A DNA stretch of 64,000 nt. Source: an uncultured Gammaproteobacteria bacterium (GTDB lineage: Bacteria > Patescibacteriota > Patescibacteriia > JAHIZJ01). Shown here one piece after another: positions 8,343 to 16,204 of this stretch. The position numbers and the translations under genes are program-made. The stretch lies in NCBI GenBank assembly GCA_964371245.1, contig CAYJKP010000001.1, forward strand, positions 123,042-187,041. The letters run 5' to 3'. Each line of letters starts with the position of its first letter. Position 1 is the stretch's first letter. The notes below the pieces were generated by a model. It was not told the DNA's origin and searched no databases. It was given only the letters and a program-made list of their open reading frames with translations.

Positions 8343-9589
8343 TACACTCACCACAAACAAAAAAAATCCTGATTATCGCCGGCCTGGCGGTCGTTGTATT
8401 GGTCGTCGGCTTCGCCATCTATTTTTTCTTTTTCCGATCAATTTTTGAACCGACGGGCAATGGAAACACAAATGGCAATACCAACAACACCAACGACCTT
8501 AATCGTTTACCCAACATTAACGGTAATCGGAACGTAAACGTCAACACGAACGGAAACACGAACAGCGTGTCGACCCTGCCGGACATCTCTGATGTGGCGG
8601 ACGGTGGTCCGACGAAGGTTACCCCGATCATCAACAGCCGAACAAAAGACGGCGCGCCGACAAGCGATGGAACTGGCTATGTGTACTATGATCCGGCCAC
8701 GTACAAGTTTTACAAAGTACTGGCAAACGGCGAACGCGTCGAAATATCCTCAAAAGAGTTCTATGACGTTCAGAGCATTGCTTGGTCGCCTGATCGGCAG
8801 CGGGCCATCCTCAAGTATCCAGACGGCAGTAATTTGTATTACAACTTCAGCGACGGCCTCTCCGTGACGCTGCCAAAAGAAATACAGGAGCCGGAGTTTA
8901 CGGCAACTGGCAATAAAATCGCCTATAAATTTATTGGCGAACAAGAAGGACAACAATGGCTGGCAGTCTCAAACCCAGACGGCAGCGAACAGCAATTGCT
9001 TCAAGCGCTTGGCGACCGCGCCTCCCGCGTCGACGTCAACTGGTCGCCCGACGGCCAGGTGGCGGGTATTTATCGGGAGGGTACCGGCCTTGATGAAGAG
9101 GAAATATACTTTATCGGCCAGCATGGGGAAAATTTCAAATCCTTCACGGCCAAAGGCTCTGGGTTTACCAGCGCCTGGTCACCGCAAGGCGATAAACTCC
9201 TTTATAGCGTCTATAGCGCCGAGACTGATTATAAACCGACGTTAAGCATTGTTGACGCGCGCGGTGACGCGGTAGGGCTCAATAATACCGCTTTAGATCT
9301 AAACACCTGGCCGGATAAATGCACCTTCGGCGGTACCGCCCTGTATTGTGCCGTTCCGACCGATCTGGCGACCGGCGCCGGCTTATCGCGAGATAGCGCC
9401 GTCATGGCCAACGACAATTTCTACAGCATTGACCTTGCGACCGGACAGAAAACACTCCTCGCGATTCCGTACAACGGACCCGATGATATCGGGTATAGCG
9501 CAGATGGGTTGTATTTGTCGCCCGGCGAAGACGCCTTATATTTTCATAATGCGAAAAACGACAAGCTTGAAAAAATAACGCTCAAATAA
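8339..9589 (+). CDS. membrane-anchored TolB-like (PD40/WD40-like) beta-propeller repeat protein with Asn-Gly/Asn-Thr repeat linker
   Basis: Start overlaps the previous stop (ATGA). TM helix (ILIIAGLAVVVLVVGFAIYFFFF), N-rich repeats, and repeated 'WSPDGQ/WSPDRQ/WSPQGD' motifs. Confidence 0.6.
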   Translation: MIHSPQTKKILIIAGLAVVVLVVGFAIYFFFFRSIFEPTGNGNTNGNTNNTNDLNRLPNINGNRNVNVNTNGNTNSVSTLPDISDVADGGPTKVTPIINSRTKDGAPTSDGTGYVYYDPATYKFYKVLANGERVEISSKEFYDVQSIAWSPDRQRAILKYPDGSNLYYNFSDGLSVTLPKEIQEPEFTATGNKIAYKFIGEQEGQQWLAVSNPDGSEQQLLQALGDRASRVDVNWSPDGQVAGIYREGTGLDEEEIYFIGQHGENFKSFTAKGSGFTSAWSPQGDKLLYSVYSAETDYKPTLSIVDARGDAVGLNNTALDLNTWPDKCTFGGTALYCAVPTDLATGAGLSRDSAVMANDNFYSIDLATGQKTLLAIPYNGPDDIGYSADGLYLSPGEDALYFHNAKNDKLEKITLK

Positions 9590-9590
9590 T

Positions 9591-10334
9591 ATGGCTGAGA
9601 AAAAGGTAACGACCGCCCCAAAAACGAAAACCATCGTTATTGTTGTTATTGGACTGCTGGCTTTTCTCGGTTTTCTTTTTGCCTTGATCATGACCCGGTC
9701 AACAATGAACTCAATCTCGCGGCGACTGAACACGAAGGTGGTCTACGAAGGCGTCTCAGATCCGGTTGACCAGTCACAAGATGTTTTGGTAACCGCCGCG
9801 AATAAAGAAGTGAGCGGGACGCCGGAAATCCGTGACACCGATCCGGTCTTAGGAACCGCGGCTCCAAAAATCACCATCATCGAATTTGCCAGTTTCGGAT
9901 CCGGCTATTCAGCAGCGGCTCAGCCAATCGTTCAACAAATCATGGACAATTATGGCAGCGAGGTGAAGCTTGTTTTCAAGGATTATTTTAGCCAGTCTGA
10001 TGCAATGGCGAGCTTGGGAGCGAAGGCGGCTCGCTGCGCTCAAGCCCAAAACAAGTTCTGGGAGATGGAGAAACAGATTTTTCAGACCACGGATGGATTT
10101 GGGAAGTCAGACCTCGTTGATATCGCAAAAAAAATCGGGTTAACCGAAGACGCCTTCACCGCTTGCCTCGACAAAACAGAAACCGATTCCGCCGTCAGCC
10201 AGAATATCAGCGATGGCATTGAGCTTCACCTGTCCGCCGTTCCGACGTTTTTTGTCGACGACAAGGTGCTAACCGGCATCGTGACGTATGACGAATTTGA
10301 GGCACTGGTCATACAAGAACTCGAAGGAAAATAA
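9591..10334 (+). CDS. DsbA-like thioredoxin-fold protein with degenerate active site (CxxC replaced by SFGSGYS)
   Basis: N-terminal TM, then DsbA-like layout (…ITIIEFASFGSGYSAAAQP…KFWEMEKQIF…VPTFFVDDKVL). No Cys at the position where the paralog at 14987-15730 has CPAC. Confidence 0.55.
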   Translation: MAEKKVTTAPKTKTIVIVVIGLLAFLGFLFALIMTRSTMNSISRRLNTKVVYEGVSDPVDQSQDVLVTAANKEVSGTPEIRDTDPVLGTAAPKITIIEFASFGSGYSAAAQPIVQQIMDNYGSEVKLVFKDYFSQSDAMASLGAKAARCAQAQNKFWEMEKQIFQTTDGFGKSDLVDIAKKIGLTEDAFTACLDKTETDSAVSQNISDGIELHLSAVPTFFVDDKVLTGIVTYDEFEALVIQELEGK

Positions 10335-10346
10335 GAGGATATAAAA

Positions 10347-10380
10347 AAACAGGTTGGAACGCTACATCGCCTGTTTTTTT
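10347..10380. terminator. putative bidirectional terminator (weak stem between an A-run and a T-run)
   Basis: aaaaaaacagg...cctgttttttt immediately after the dsbA-like stop. Confidence 0.3.
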
Positions 10381-10472
10381 GGTAATAAAATAGCAGGCGA
10401 CTATCTCTTCGGACGCGAGTCCTAAAGAGACAGCCAACCTGCCGTGACTGAAAAGATCAGATCAGACGCGTA

Positions 10473-11048
10473 CTACGCAGACGGGACAATGTGTGCCCGA
10501 GACCGACGGCGTCCGTTGATAGCCTCCAGACCGAACAGCTCGAGAACCTCGGCCGGACCACTGAGACGCTGCAACGACTCGCCGAACTGCTCAACCCATT
10601 CGGGTAGAGTCGTCGTGGTGCCCTTGATGGCGCCACAGTGACCCGTTACCGTCCGGTGGAGGCAGACCGTGAGCGGCACCTCGCCTTCTCCGTGGAGTGT
10701 GGCCTTGATCTGGCAGCTGAAGTCGTGGTGTCCGGCATAGAGGAAGCCAGGACGATCGGGCTTGAACCGACGCAGCTCCTGACAGACCTCGCCAACCGGG
10801 GTTACGCCAGCCGCCGTGAGCAGTTCCATGGGTCCACCGAGGTGGCGGATCCGAGGATCCGCTGCGAACACGGCCAGCGGCTTGGAGACTTCAGGGACCA
10901 GGCCGTGGATTCGCCCAGGCCCGACTAGGTTGATGCAGGCGTTGAACTGTCTCGCCCCACCGTTGCCCTGGAACTCGACATCGAATGGACTGAAAATGCA
11001 TGGTCCAAACGAGTGCTTACCCGTCTTCGGGTTGTAGATCATGCACAT
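10473..11048 (-). CDS. hypothetical protein in GC-rich segment (no family recognized)
   Basis: 191-aa ORF in a ~60% GC block (10440-11545). Alternative ORFs on the + strand cover the same DNA, as expected for GC-rich sequence, so coding status is uncertain. Confidence 0.3.
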   Translation of the reverse strand: MCMIYNPKTGKHSFGPCIFSPFDVEFQGNGGARQFNACINLVGPGRIHGLVPEVSKPLAVFAADPRIRHLGGPMELLTAAGVTPVGEVCQELRRFKPDRPGFLYAGHHDFSCQIKATLHGEGEVPLTVCLHRTVTGHCGAIKGTTTTLPEWVEQFGESLQRLSGPAEVLELFGLEAINGRRRSRAHIVPSA

Positions 11049-11545
11049 ACTCGCCTCCCTTTCAGGCAGTATGCAGTGAAGCGTCGTGAGGATCCGTCCT
11101 CACCGATCTCATGCAAGGTGCAAGCTGATGTTGAAGGACCCCCGTTTTCATACCGTGATGATCACCAGAAGAACGGCGATCGAAGAACCCGCAACCTCAG
11201 CCGAATTTCAAGCGCATGTCAACCCCCTTTGCCGTTGTTGTACCCCCTTGTACCCAGTCCTCGGGATGCTGATCTACCGGATTGCTCCGGAGAAAATCGC
11301 GGGGGGAGCCCGTAACGTTTCAGTGGTCCTTCCATCAACTGGGTAGGGCTTGGTCTGGGGAAAGGGCCCAGGCCGTCCTCCTACTGATGTTGTGGGCAGA
11401 CCTATACAGATTCGAATCGCGGGGCTCCCACCCACTAACCTTGCTTTCAAGAGTGTGGTGTGTCGTAGCACGCGAACTTAAGATAGCAATGTGCTATCAA
11501 CGAGTATATTTAGATATTGCATTTCTGTCAAGGCAGGGGAGCGCC

Positions 11546-13627
11546 TTATTCCCAGTGAATTGATTCCTTAAACTCGCGCATTTTTTGCCTGATGTTAGGG
11601 TATCGTGTCAATTCAAAATCACGGTCAAGGATATTTTTCGCTATAGCTTGCGCTTTATTGATAATCGGAAAGTCTGTTAGTTTCGCGATTTTAAATTCTG
11701 GGAAACCAGATTGCCGTAAGCCGTAGAGTTCGCCGGCCCCGCGCATTTCCAGGTCCTTTTCCGCTAAGGCAAAGCCATTTTGCGAACCAGCAATCGCATA
11801 TAGGCGCTGCTGGGCGTTTTCATTTTCGGTTTCGGTCAAGAGGAAGCAGGAGGCTTGATGACTACCTCGGCCGACGCGGCCGCGAAACTGGTGGAGCTGA
11901 GCCAAGCCAAAGCGTTCAGCGCCTTCGATCAGCATGACCGTCGCGTTTGGCACGTCGATGCCGACTTCAATAACCGACGTTGAAACAAGTATTTGAATAG
12001 TGTTCGCCAGGAAATCGCGCATGACCTTCTCACGGCTCGGCGCCGGTAGTCGGCCGTGGAGCAGGCCGATTTTAAATTTTGGAAAAATCTTTTTTTGCAG
12101 CCGTTCATGCTCTTCGCGGGCGGATTTTACGCCGAGCTTGTCTGACGGATCAATCAGCGGGCAGATGACAAATGCCTGTCGGCCATGAGCGATTTCCTCG
12201 GCAATGAACTGATAGGTTTCCATTCGTTCGTGCGGAGGCACGATCTTTGTGAGAATCTTTTGACGGCCTTTTGGCAGTTCATCAATGACCGAAATATCCA
12301 GGTCACCATAAAAACCGAGTGCGAGCGTCCGCGGGATCGGCGTGGCAGTCAGGCTCAGAAAATGAGGGGAGGTCAACGCGCCGGTTTGTGATTTTCCGGC
12401 TAGGGCTTTCCGCTGGTCCACGCCGAAACGATGCTGTTCGTCAACCATGGCTAGGCCGAGCCGGTGAAAAGAAATTTTTTCCTGGAGCACGGCGTGGGTA
12501 CCGATCATCAGGTCGAGACGACCACTTGAAATTTTTCGGGCGAGCGTCGTCTGAGTCAACGATTTATTTGTCTGATTTGTCATTTTCAAGCTTCGGGTCA
12601 GCAGTCCGACGGTTATTTTTTCTTTTTGAAAAAGTTTGGAGAAGGTATCAAAATGCTGCCCGGCGAGAATTTCGGTCGGGGCCATGAGAACTGATTGCCA
12701 GCCCTGTTTGGCAGCATTGAGCACGGCCAGGCTGGCGACGACGGTTTTACCCGAGCCAACGTCGCCGTCCAAGAGGCGGTTCATCGGATGATTTTTTCCC
12801 ATGTCCCGTAATATTTGCCAGGCAGCGCGTCGCTGCGCGTTCGTCAGACGAAAGGGCAGACGGTCGACATATTTTTTCGTCAGCTCCTGGTTGAAGGGAA
12901 TGGCCGGAGCGGGGATGTGCTCGAGGAGGCGGCGGTTTTGGAGGGTATAGACTTGGATCGGAAAAAGCTCGTCGAATTTAAGGCGTTCGAGCGCTTTTTT
13001 TAGGAGAGAATGGTTACGCGGAAAATGAATTTCCTGGAGTGCATATTGTTCCTCCATCAGCTCGGCCTGTTTCCTGAGGGCAAAAGGGAGATAGTCAATC
13101 GTTCGACGGGCGAGTGGTCTCACTAGCTGGGCGAGAAAGCGAATCTGACGCTGGGTCAGCCGATTGGTCGTCGGATAGATGGGCACGAGCCGGCCAGTAT
13201 GGATCGCCGGTCCGGCTAATTTTTCATACGAGGGGCTGGTAAAATGCAGACCGTATTTGTCCATTTCCAGCTTGCCGGCCACAACAATATGGTCGCCCGG
13301 CGAGAAGGTTTTCAGTAAATACGGTTGATTAAACCAAATGATTTTAACTGAGCCGGTTTGGTCGCCGACAATCGCTTCGGTGATATAGAGGCGCCGGCGG
13401 AAACTCCGGCGATTCTGGATGTCCTGGATCTTCCCTTTAATCGTCACCTGCGCGCCGGGGACGAGTTTGTCGATGGTGGTAATCTTTGAAAAATCCTCAT
13501 AGCGCGACGGGAAATGATACAGAACATCTTTGGCTGTCCGGATACCAAGCGTTTTCAGGCGTTGGGCAACTGTTTTCCCAACCGAGTATAATTCCTCAGC
13601 CGGCGTATCAAATTGAATGAGTTTCAT
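11546..13627 (-). CDS. recG: ATP-dependent DNA helicase RecG
   Basis: Wedge/OB N-terminal region and SF2 helicase motifs (DVGSGKT, DEQHRFG, QLHQFRGRVGRG), 693 aa. Confidence 0.9.
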   Translation of the reverse strand: MKLIQFDTPAEELYSVGKTVAQRLKTLGIRTAKDVLYHFPSRYEDFSKITTIDKLVPGAQVTIKGKIQDIQNRRSFRRRLYITEAIVGDQTGSVKIIWFNQPYLLKTFSPGDHIVVAGKLEMDKYGLHFTSPSYEKLAGPAIHTGRLVPIYPTTNRLTQRQIRFLAQLVRPLARRTIDYLPFALRKQAELMEEQYALQEIHFPRNHSLLKKALERLKFDELFPIQVYTLQNRRLLEHIPAPAIPFNQELTKKYVDRLPFRLTNAQRRAAWQILRDMGKNHPMNRLLDGDVGSGKTVVASLAVLNAAKQGWQSVLMAPTEILAGQHFDTFSKLFQKEKITVGLLTRSLKMTNQTNKSLTQTTLARKISSGRLDLMIGTHAVLQEKISFHRLGLAMVDEQHRFGVDQRKALAGKSQTGALTSPHFLSLTATPIPRTLALGFYGDLDISVIDELPKGRQKILTKIVPPHERMETYQFIAEEIAHGRQAFVICPLIDPSDKLGVKSAREEHERLQKKIFPKFKIGLLHGRLPAPSREKVMRDFLANTIQILVSTSVIEVGIDVPNATVMLIEGAERFGLAQLHQFRGRVGRGSHQASCFLLTETENENAQQRLYAIAGSQNGFALAEKDLEMRGAGELYGLRQSGFPEFKIAKLTDFPIINKAQAIAKNILDRDFELTRYPNIRQKMREFKESIHWE

Positions 13628-13689
13628 ACCCCAATGGTATCAGATTATTTCCAAAAGCGGAATGCATATCTAGACTGATTCGCGTTCTA

Positions 13690-14274
13690 TTGATATACTA
13701 CGGCCTGATGTTAACCCAATTATTTCAACATATCGACCTTGTTGTCACTCAGGCCCTGCAGTCGTTCCAGCCGTCCTGGCTGACAAATATTGCGCGGCAC
13801 GTCAGCGATATCTGCGCGCCGCGATTTATCGTGCCGGCGCTCGTCATCAGCTTGATCGTTTGGTGGTATTCTCGTCAAAAACACCGTGAAGCAATCCAAT
13901 TCGCGGCGGTTCTCTCCGGTAATATTTTCTCATTTATTCTTAAACCGTTGATTGAGCGGCCGCGCCCAGTTGATGGTATTGTACGCGTCATAGTTCACGA
14001 GCCAACGTACAGTTTTCCGAGTGGCCACGCCTTGGCCATCGCTCTCGGAGCCGGGTTTCTATGGTTTTGGTCAAATCACTTCTCGCGGCCAATTCGTATT
14101 ATTATCCGGCTGATTGCGGTTGCCGCTTTTTTAGCCGTCGGCTGGTCGCGTATCTATCTCGGAGCGCACTGGCTGAGCGACGTTATTGCCGGATATGCGA
14201 TTGGACTTCTCTGGGTCGGGGCAGTCTGGCTCTACTGGCCGAGAGTATTGGCTAGGACTCTAAAAAAGATATAA
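13690..14274 (+). CDS. PAP2-family phosphatase (undecaprenyl-diphosphatase-like)
   Basis: PAP2 motifs KPLIERPRP, PSGH, SRIYLGAHWLSDV; multiple TM helices. Confidence 0.8.
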   Translation: MIYYGLMLTQLFQHIDLVVTQALQSFQPSWLTNIARHVSDICAPRFIVPALVISLIVWWYSRQKHREAIQFAAVLSGNIFSFILKPLIERPRPVDGIVRVIVHEPTYSFPSGHALAIALGAGFLWFWSNHFSRPIRIIIRLIAVAAFLAVGWSRIYLGAHWLSDVIAGYAIGLLWVGAVWLYWPRVLARTLKKI

Positions 14275-14295
14275 GGCGATTGTCATAATCACAAA

Positions 14296-14322
14296 AACCG
14301 CGACTGGGCGGTTTTTTGTTTT
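14296..14322. terminator. rho-independent terminator (AACCGC-gactgg-GCGGTT + T-run); palindromic, could serve both strands
   Basis: 6-bp GC stem followed by TTTTTGTTTT; lies between PAP2 (+) and tRNA-Arg (-). Confidence 0.55.
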
Positions 14323-14326
14323 ATCA

Positions 14327-14403
14327 TGGTGCGCCCGGCAGGGGTCGAACCTGCGACCTTGAGATCCGCAATCTCACGCTCTATCCAGCTGAGCTACGGG
14401 CGC
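14327..14403 (-). tRNA. tRNA-Arg, anticodon read as GCG, CCA encoded
   Basis: Reverse complement GCGCCCGTAGCTCAGCTGGATAGAGCGTGAGATTGCGGATCTCAAGGTCGCAGGTTCGACCCCTGCCGGGCGCACCA folds as a cloverleaf (7-bp acceptor, Arg-type D-arm, anticodon stem TGAGA/TCTCA, loop TTGCGGA). Confidence 0.85.
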
Positions 14404-14436
14404 GCGTGTATCCATTGTTGGAGTCGGACGCGATTC

Positions 14437-14925
14437 TTAGAGTTTGTATTCGCGACTGATGGTTTCCGAGATATTTTCGTCCTCTTTCGAAATATCTTCC
14501 TTCAAATAATCGAGCAAGATTTCCCGCACCTTCGTCGGTTGGGCACGTTCGAGTGGAATGACGAGCTCAGGCTTCCAAAAGGTTTTGAAATGGAAATAGA
14601 CGTATTTGCTGTGCGGTGGTTTGTATATTACCCAGAATTTTTCGATATCGTCAAATGGGTAGAATTTGTTATTGACCAGAAGTCCGTCTTCCAGGATAGT
14701 GAACTGAAGCATTTGCGGTTTGCGACGGCCTGAAACGTAGATAACCGTCCAGGCGATCAGGATAATCATCAGGAAGAGAAAGTTGGCCGTGAAGAGCGAC
14801 CAGATCATCGCTGCCCCGCCAATTAGGAAAAAGAAGACATGCCAGGCTTTTCCGCGCTGGCGCGCTTGGTGTTCGGGGAACTTCCAGGTGGCTAATTTTT
14901 GGCCACGATCATTCGTTTCGGGCAT
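14437..14925 (-). CDS. hypothetical membrane protein (two TM helices plus a small PH-like soluble domain)
   Basis: ORF with TM segments (VFFFLIGGAAMIWSLF; FLFLMIILIAWTVIYV); no catalytic motifs. Confidence 0.45.
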   Translation of the reverse strand: MPETNDRGQKLATWKFPEHQARQRGKAWHVFFFLIGGAAMIWSLFTANFLFLMIILIAWTVIYVSGRRKPQMLQFTILEDGLLVNNKFYPFDDIEKFWVIYKPPHSKYVYFHFKTFWKPELVIPLERAQPTKVREILLDYLKEDISKEDENISETISREYKL

Positions 14926-14986
14926 AGAATTATAGCTAGCAAGTTAACGAATCCATAGTAGCATGTTTTTGGCCGCCCTAACAGGC

Positions 14987-15730
14987 TTAGGTCGGATTTT
15001 TATCGACCGCTTGCTGCAGTGCTTGTTTCAGCTGTCCATAGGTCGAAAATGGTTCCAGAAACTTCCCGTTGAGATAATAGGTGGGCGTGCCATTAATTGG
15101 GATGCGCTCGCCGGCCAGGACGGCGTCAGAAATGATTTTCTTAATGGCGTCAGACGCATAATCGCTCAGGAATTGTGTTTTATCGAGATTGAGCGACTCG
15201 GTGTACTGGGCAAACGTATTTGCCGGATCATCAAGCTCTGACCACTCGGCTTGTTTTTCAAACAAGACATCGTGCATCTCCCAAAACTTCCCCTGTTTGC
15301 CGGCGGCTTCGGCTGCCCAGGCGGCCGGCTTCGCGTTTGGGTGCATGGTCAGGGGGAAGTGACGAAAGACGAAAGCGACACGATCACCAAACTCAGTTTC
15401 GGCCTGTTTCACGAACAGGTACCGGGCGGAGCACGCCGGACATTGAAAATCGCTGTATTCGATTAAGACAACTTTTGAATCGTTTTTACCTCTGACCCAG
15501 TCGCCGCCGGCAACGGCGTCAAGCGGTAATTTTGGCATTTTGGCCGCGCTTTTGCTGCCCAGCCAGAAGATGCCGAATATGACAAGCGCTCCAGCGACGC
15601 CGATAACACTCCAAAGCAATATTTTATTACGGCGCTGTTTGCCGACTTGTTGTTCGCTGCGTTCGGCTTTTTCCTGCCGGCGCAATTCGCGCCGTTCCCT
15701 TTTGGTCAGGTTTTTGTTTAGTTCATCCAT
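14987..15730 (-). CDS. dsbA: DsbA-family thiol:disulfide oxidoreductase (intact CPAC active site), membrane-anchored
   Basis: N-terminal TM, then 'LIEYSDFQCPACSARY', 'GKFWEMHD', 'INGTPTYYLNGKF' (cis-Pro loop region). Confidence 0.75.
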   Translation of the reverse strand: MDELNKNLTKRERRELRRQEKAERSEQQVGKQRRNKILLWSVIGVAGALVIFGIFWLGSKSAAKMPKLPLDAVAGGDWVRGKNDSKVVLIEYSDFQCPACSARYLFVKQAETEFGDRVAFVFRHFPLTMHPNAKPAAWAAEAAGKQGKFWEMHDVLFEKQAEWSELDDPANTFAQYTESLNLDKTQFLSDYASDAIKKIISDAVLAGERIPINGTPTYYLNGKFLEPFSTYGQLKQALQQAVDKNPT

Positions 15731-15797
15731 ATCGCAACACCTTGTTGATTAAATTAATTATCCTGGCGGAGGAGAGAGGATTCGCCCAGCACCAGGG

Positions 15798-15884
15798 CGG
15801 AGGGGGTGAGATTCGAACTCACGGTACCTTTGCAGGTACAACGGTTTTCAAGACCGTCCCTTTAAACCGCTCAGGCACCCCTCC
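15798..15884 (-). tRNA. tRNA-Ser (anticodon TGA), long variable arm, CCA not encoded
   Basis: Reverse complement GGAGGGGTGCCTGAGCGGTTTAAAGGGACGGTCTTGAAAACCGTTGTACCTGCAAAGGTACCGTGAGTTCGAATCTCACCCCCTCCG; anticodon loop CTTGAAA. Confidence 0.8.
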
Positions 15885-15890
15885 GCTCTC

Positions 15891-15937
15891 GGTGCTGGGT
15901 TCAAGACTGCCCCGTTCAACCACTCCGGCACTCCTCC
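15891..15937 (-). pseudogene. tRNA-Ser-like 5' half remnant (acceptor + D-arm only)
   Basis: Reverse complement GGAGGAGTGCCGGAGTGGTTGAACGGGGCAGTCTTGAACCCAGCACC: Ser-type acceptor/D-arm but no foldable anticodon or T arm. It abuts tRNA-Ser(TGA). Confidence 0.3.
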
Positions 15938-15957
15938 AGAAGAGGGTGGTAAATCAT

Positions 15958-15978
15958 TGGCGGAGAGTGCAGGATTCG
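15958..15978 (-). repeat. 21-nt exact duplicate of the 3' end of tRNA-Ser(GCT) (copy at 16115-16135)
   Basis: tggcggagagtgcaggattcg occurs at 15958 and again at 16115, the latter as part of the intact tRNA. The copies diverge immediately after. Confidence 0.6.
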
Positions 15979-16114
15979 TGTCCGGGGCAGCGACGTATGC
16001 TCTCGCTGGTCGCATCCGTCGGCGCTCCCTTCGTCTCACTCCGTTCGCTCTGATCGCTTCTGTCCTTCTCATCCTGCCATTATTTTTTATCCGCTGCCGC
16101 TTCGCTCCAGCTTT

Positions 16115-16204
16115 TGGCGGAGAGTGCAGGATTCGAACCTGCGAGGGACCTTACGGTCCCATGGTTTAGCAAACCATTGCCTTAAGCCACTCGGCCAACT
16201 CTCC
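16115..16204 (-). tRNA. tRNA-Ser (anticodon GCT), CCA encoded
   Basis: Reverse complement GGAGAGTTGGCCGAGTGGCTTAAGGCAATGGTTTGCTAAACCATGGGACCGTAAGGTCCCTCGCAGGTTCGAATCCTGCACTCTCCGCCA. Confidence 0.85.

Noticed and set aside
11297-11432. tmRNA / tRNA-like element (GGGAGCC ... GATTCGAATC ... GGCTCCC-A-CC)
   Set aside because: The acceptor-like pairing and the T-loop-like motif are present, but no T-stem, D-arm or anticodon arm could be folded, and ~135 nt is too short for tmRNA. Kept only as a note inside the GC-rich-segment finding.
11086-11563. Short ORFs 11086-11346, 11013-11315, 11274-11471, 11282-11563 in the GC-rich spacer
   Set aside because: Mutually overlapping in several frames, with no start context or motifs. 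This is expected noise in GC-rich non-coding DNA, and the region is treated as non-coding or possible RNA.
14326-14733. 135-aa plus-strand ORF (MVRPAGVEPATLRSAISRSIQLSYGRA...)
   Set aside because: It is the translation of the tRNA-Arg gene antisense ('GVEPATLRS...SIQLSYG' is a classic tRNA-derived pseudo-peptide) and overlaps the convergent gene 14437-14925.
15742-16169. Plus- and minus-strand ORFs 15742-16053, 15848-16072, 15957-16169
   Set aside because: They span the tRNA-Ser genes and fragments and are translations of tRNA DNA.
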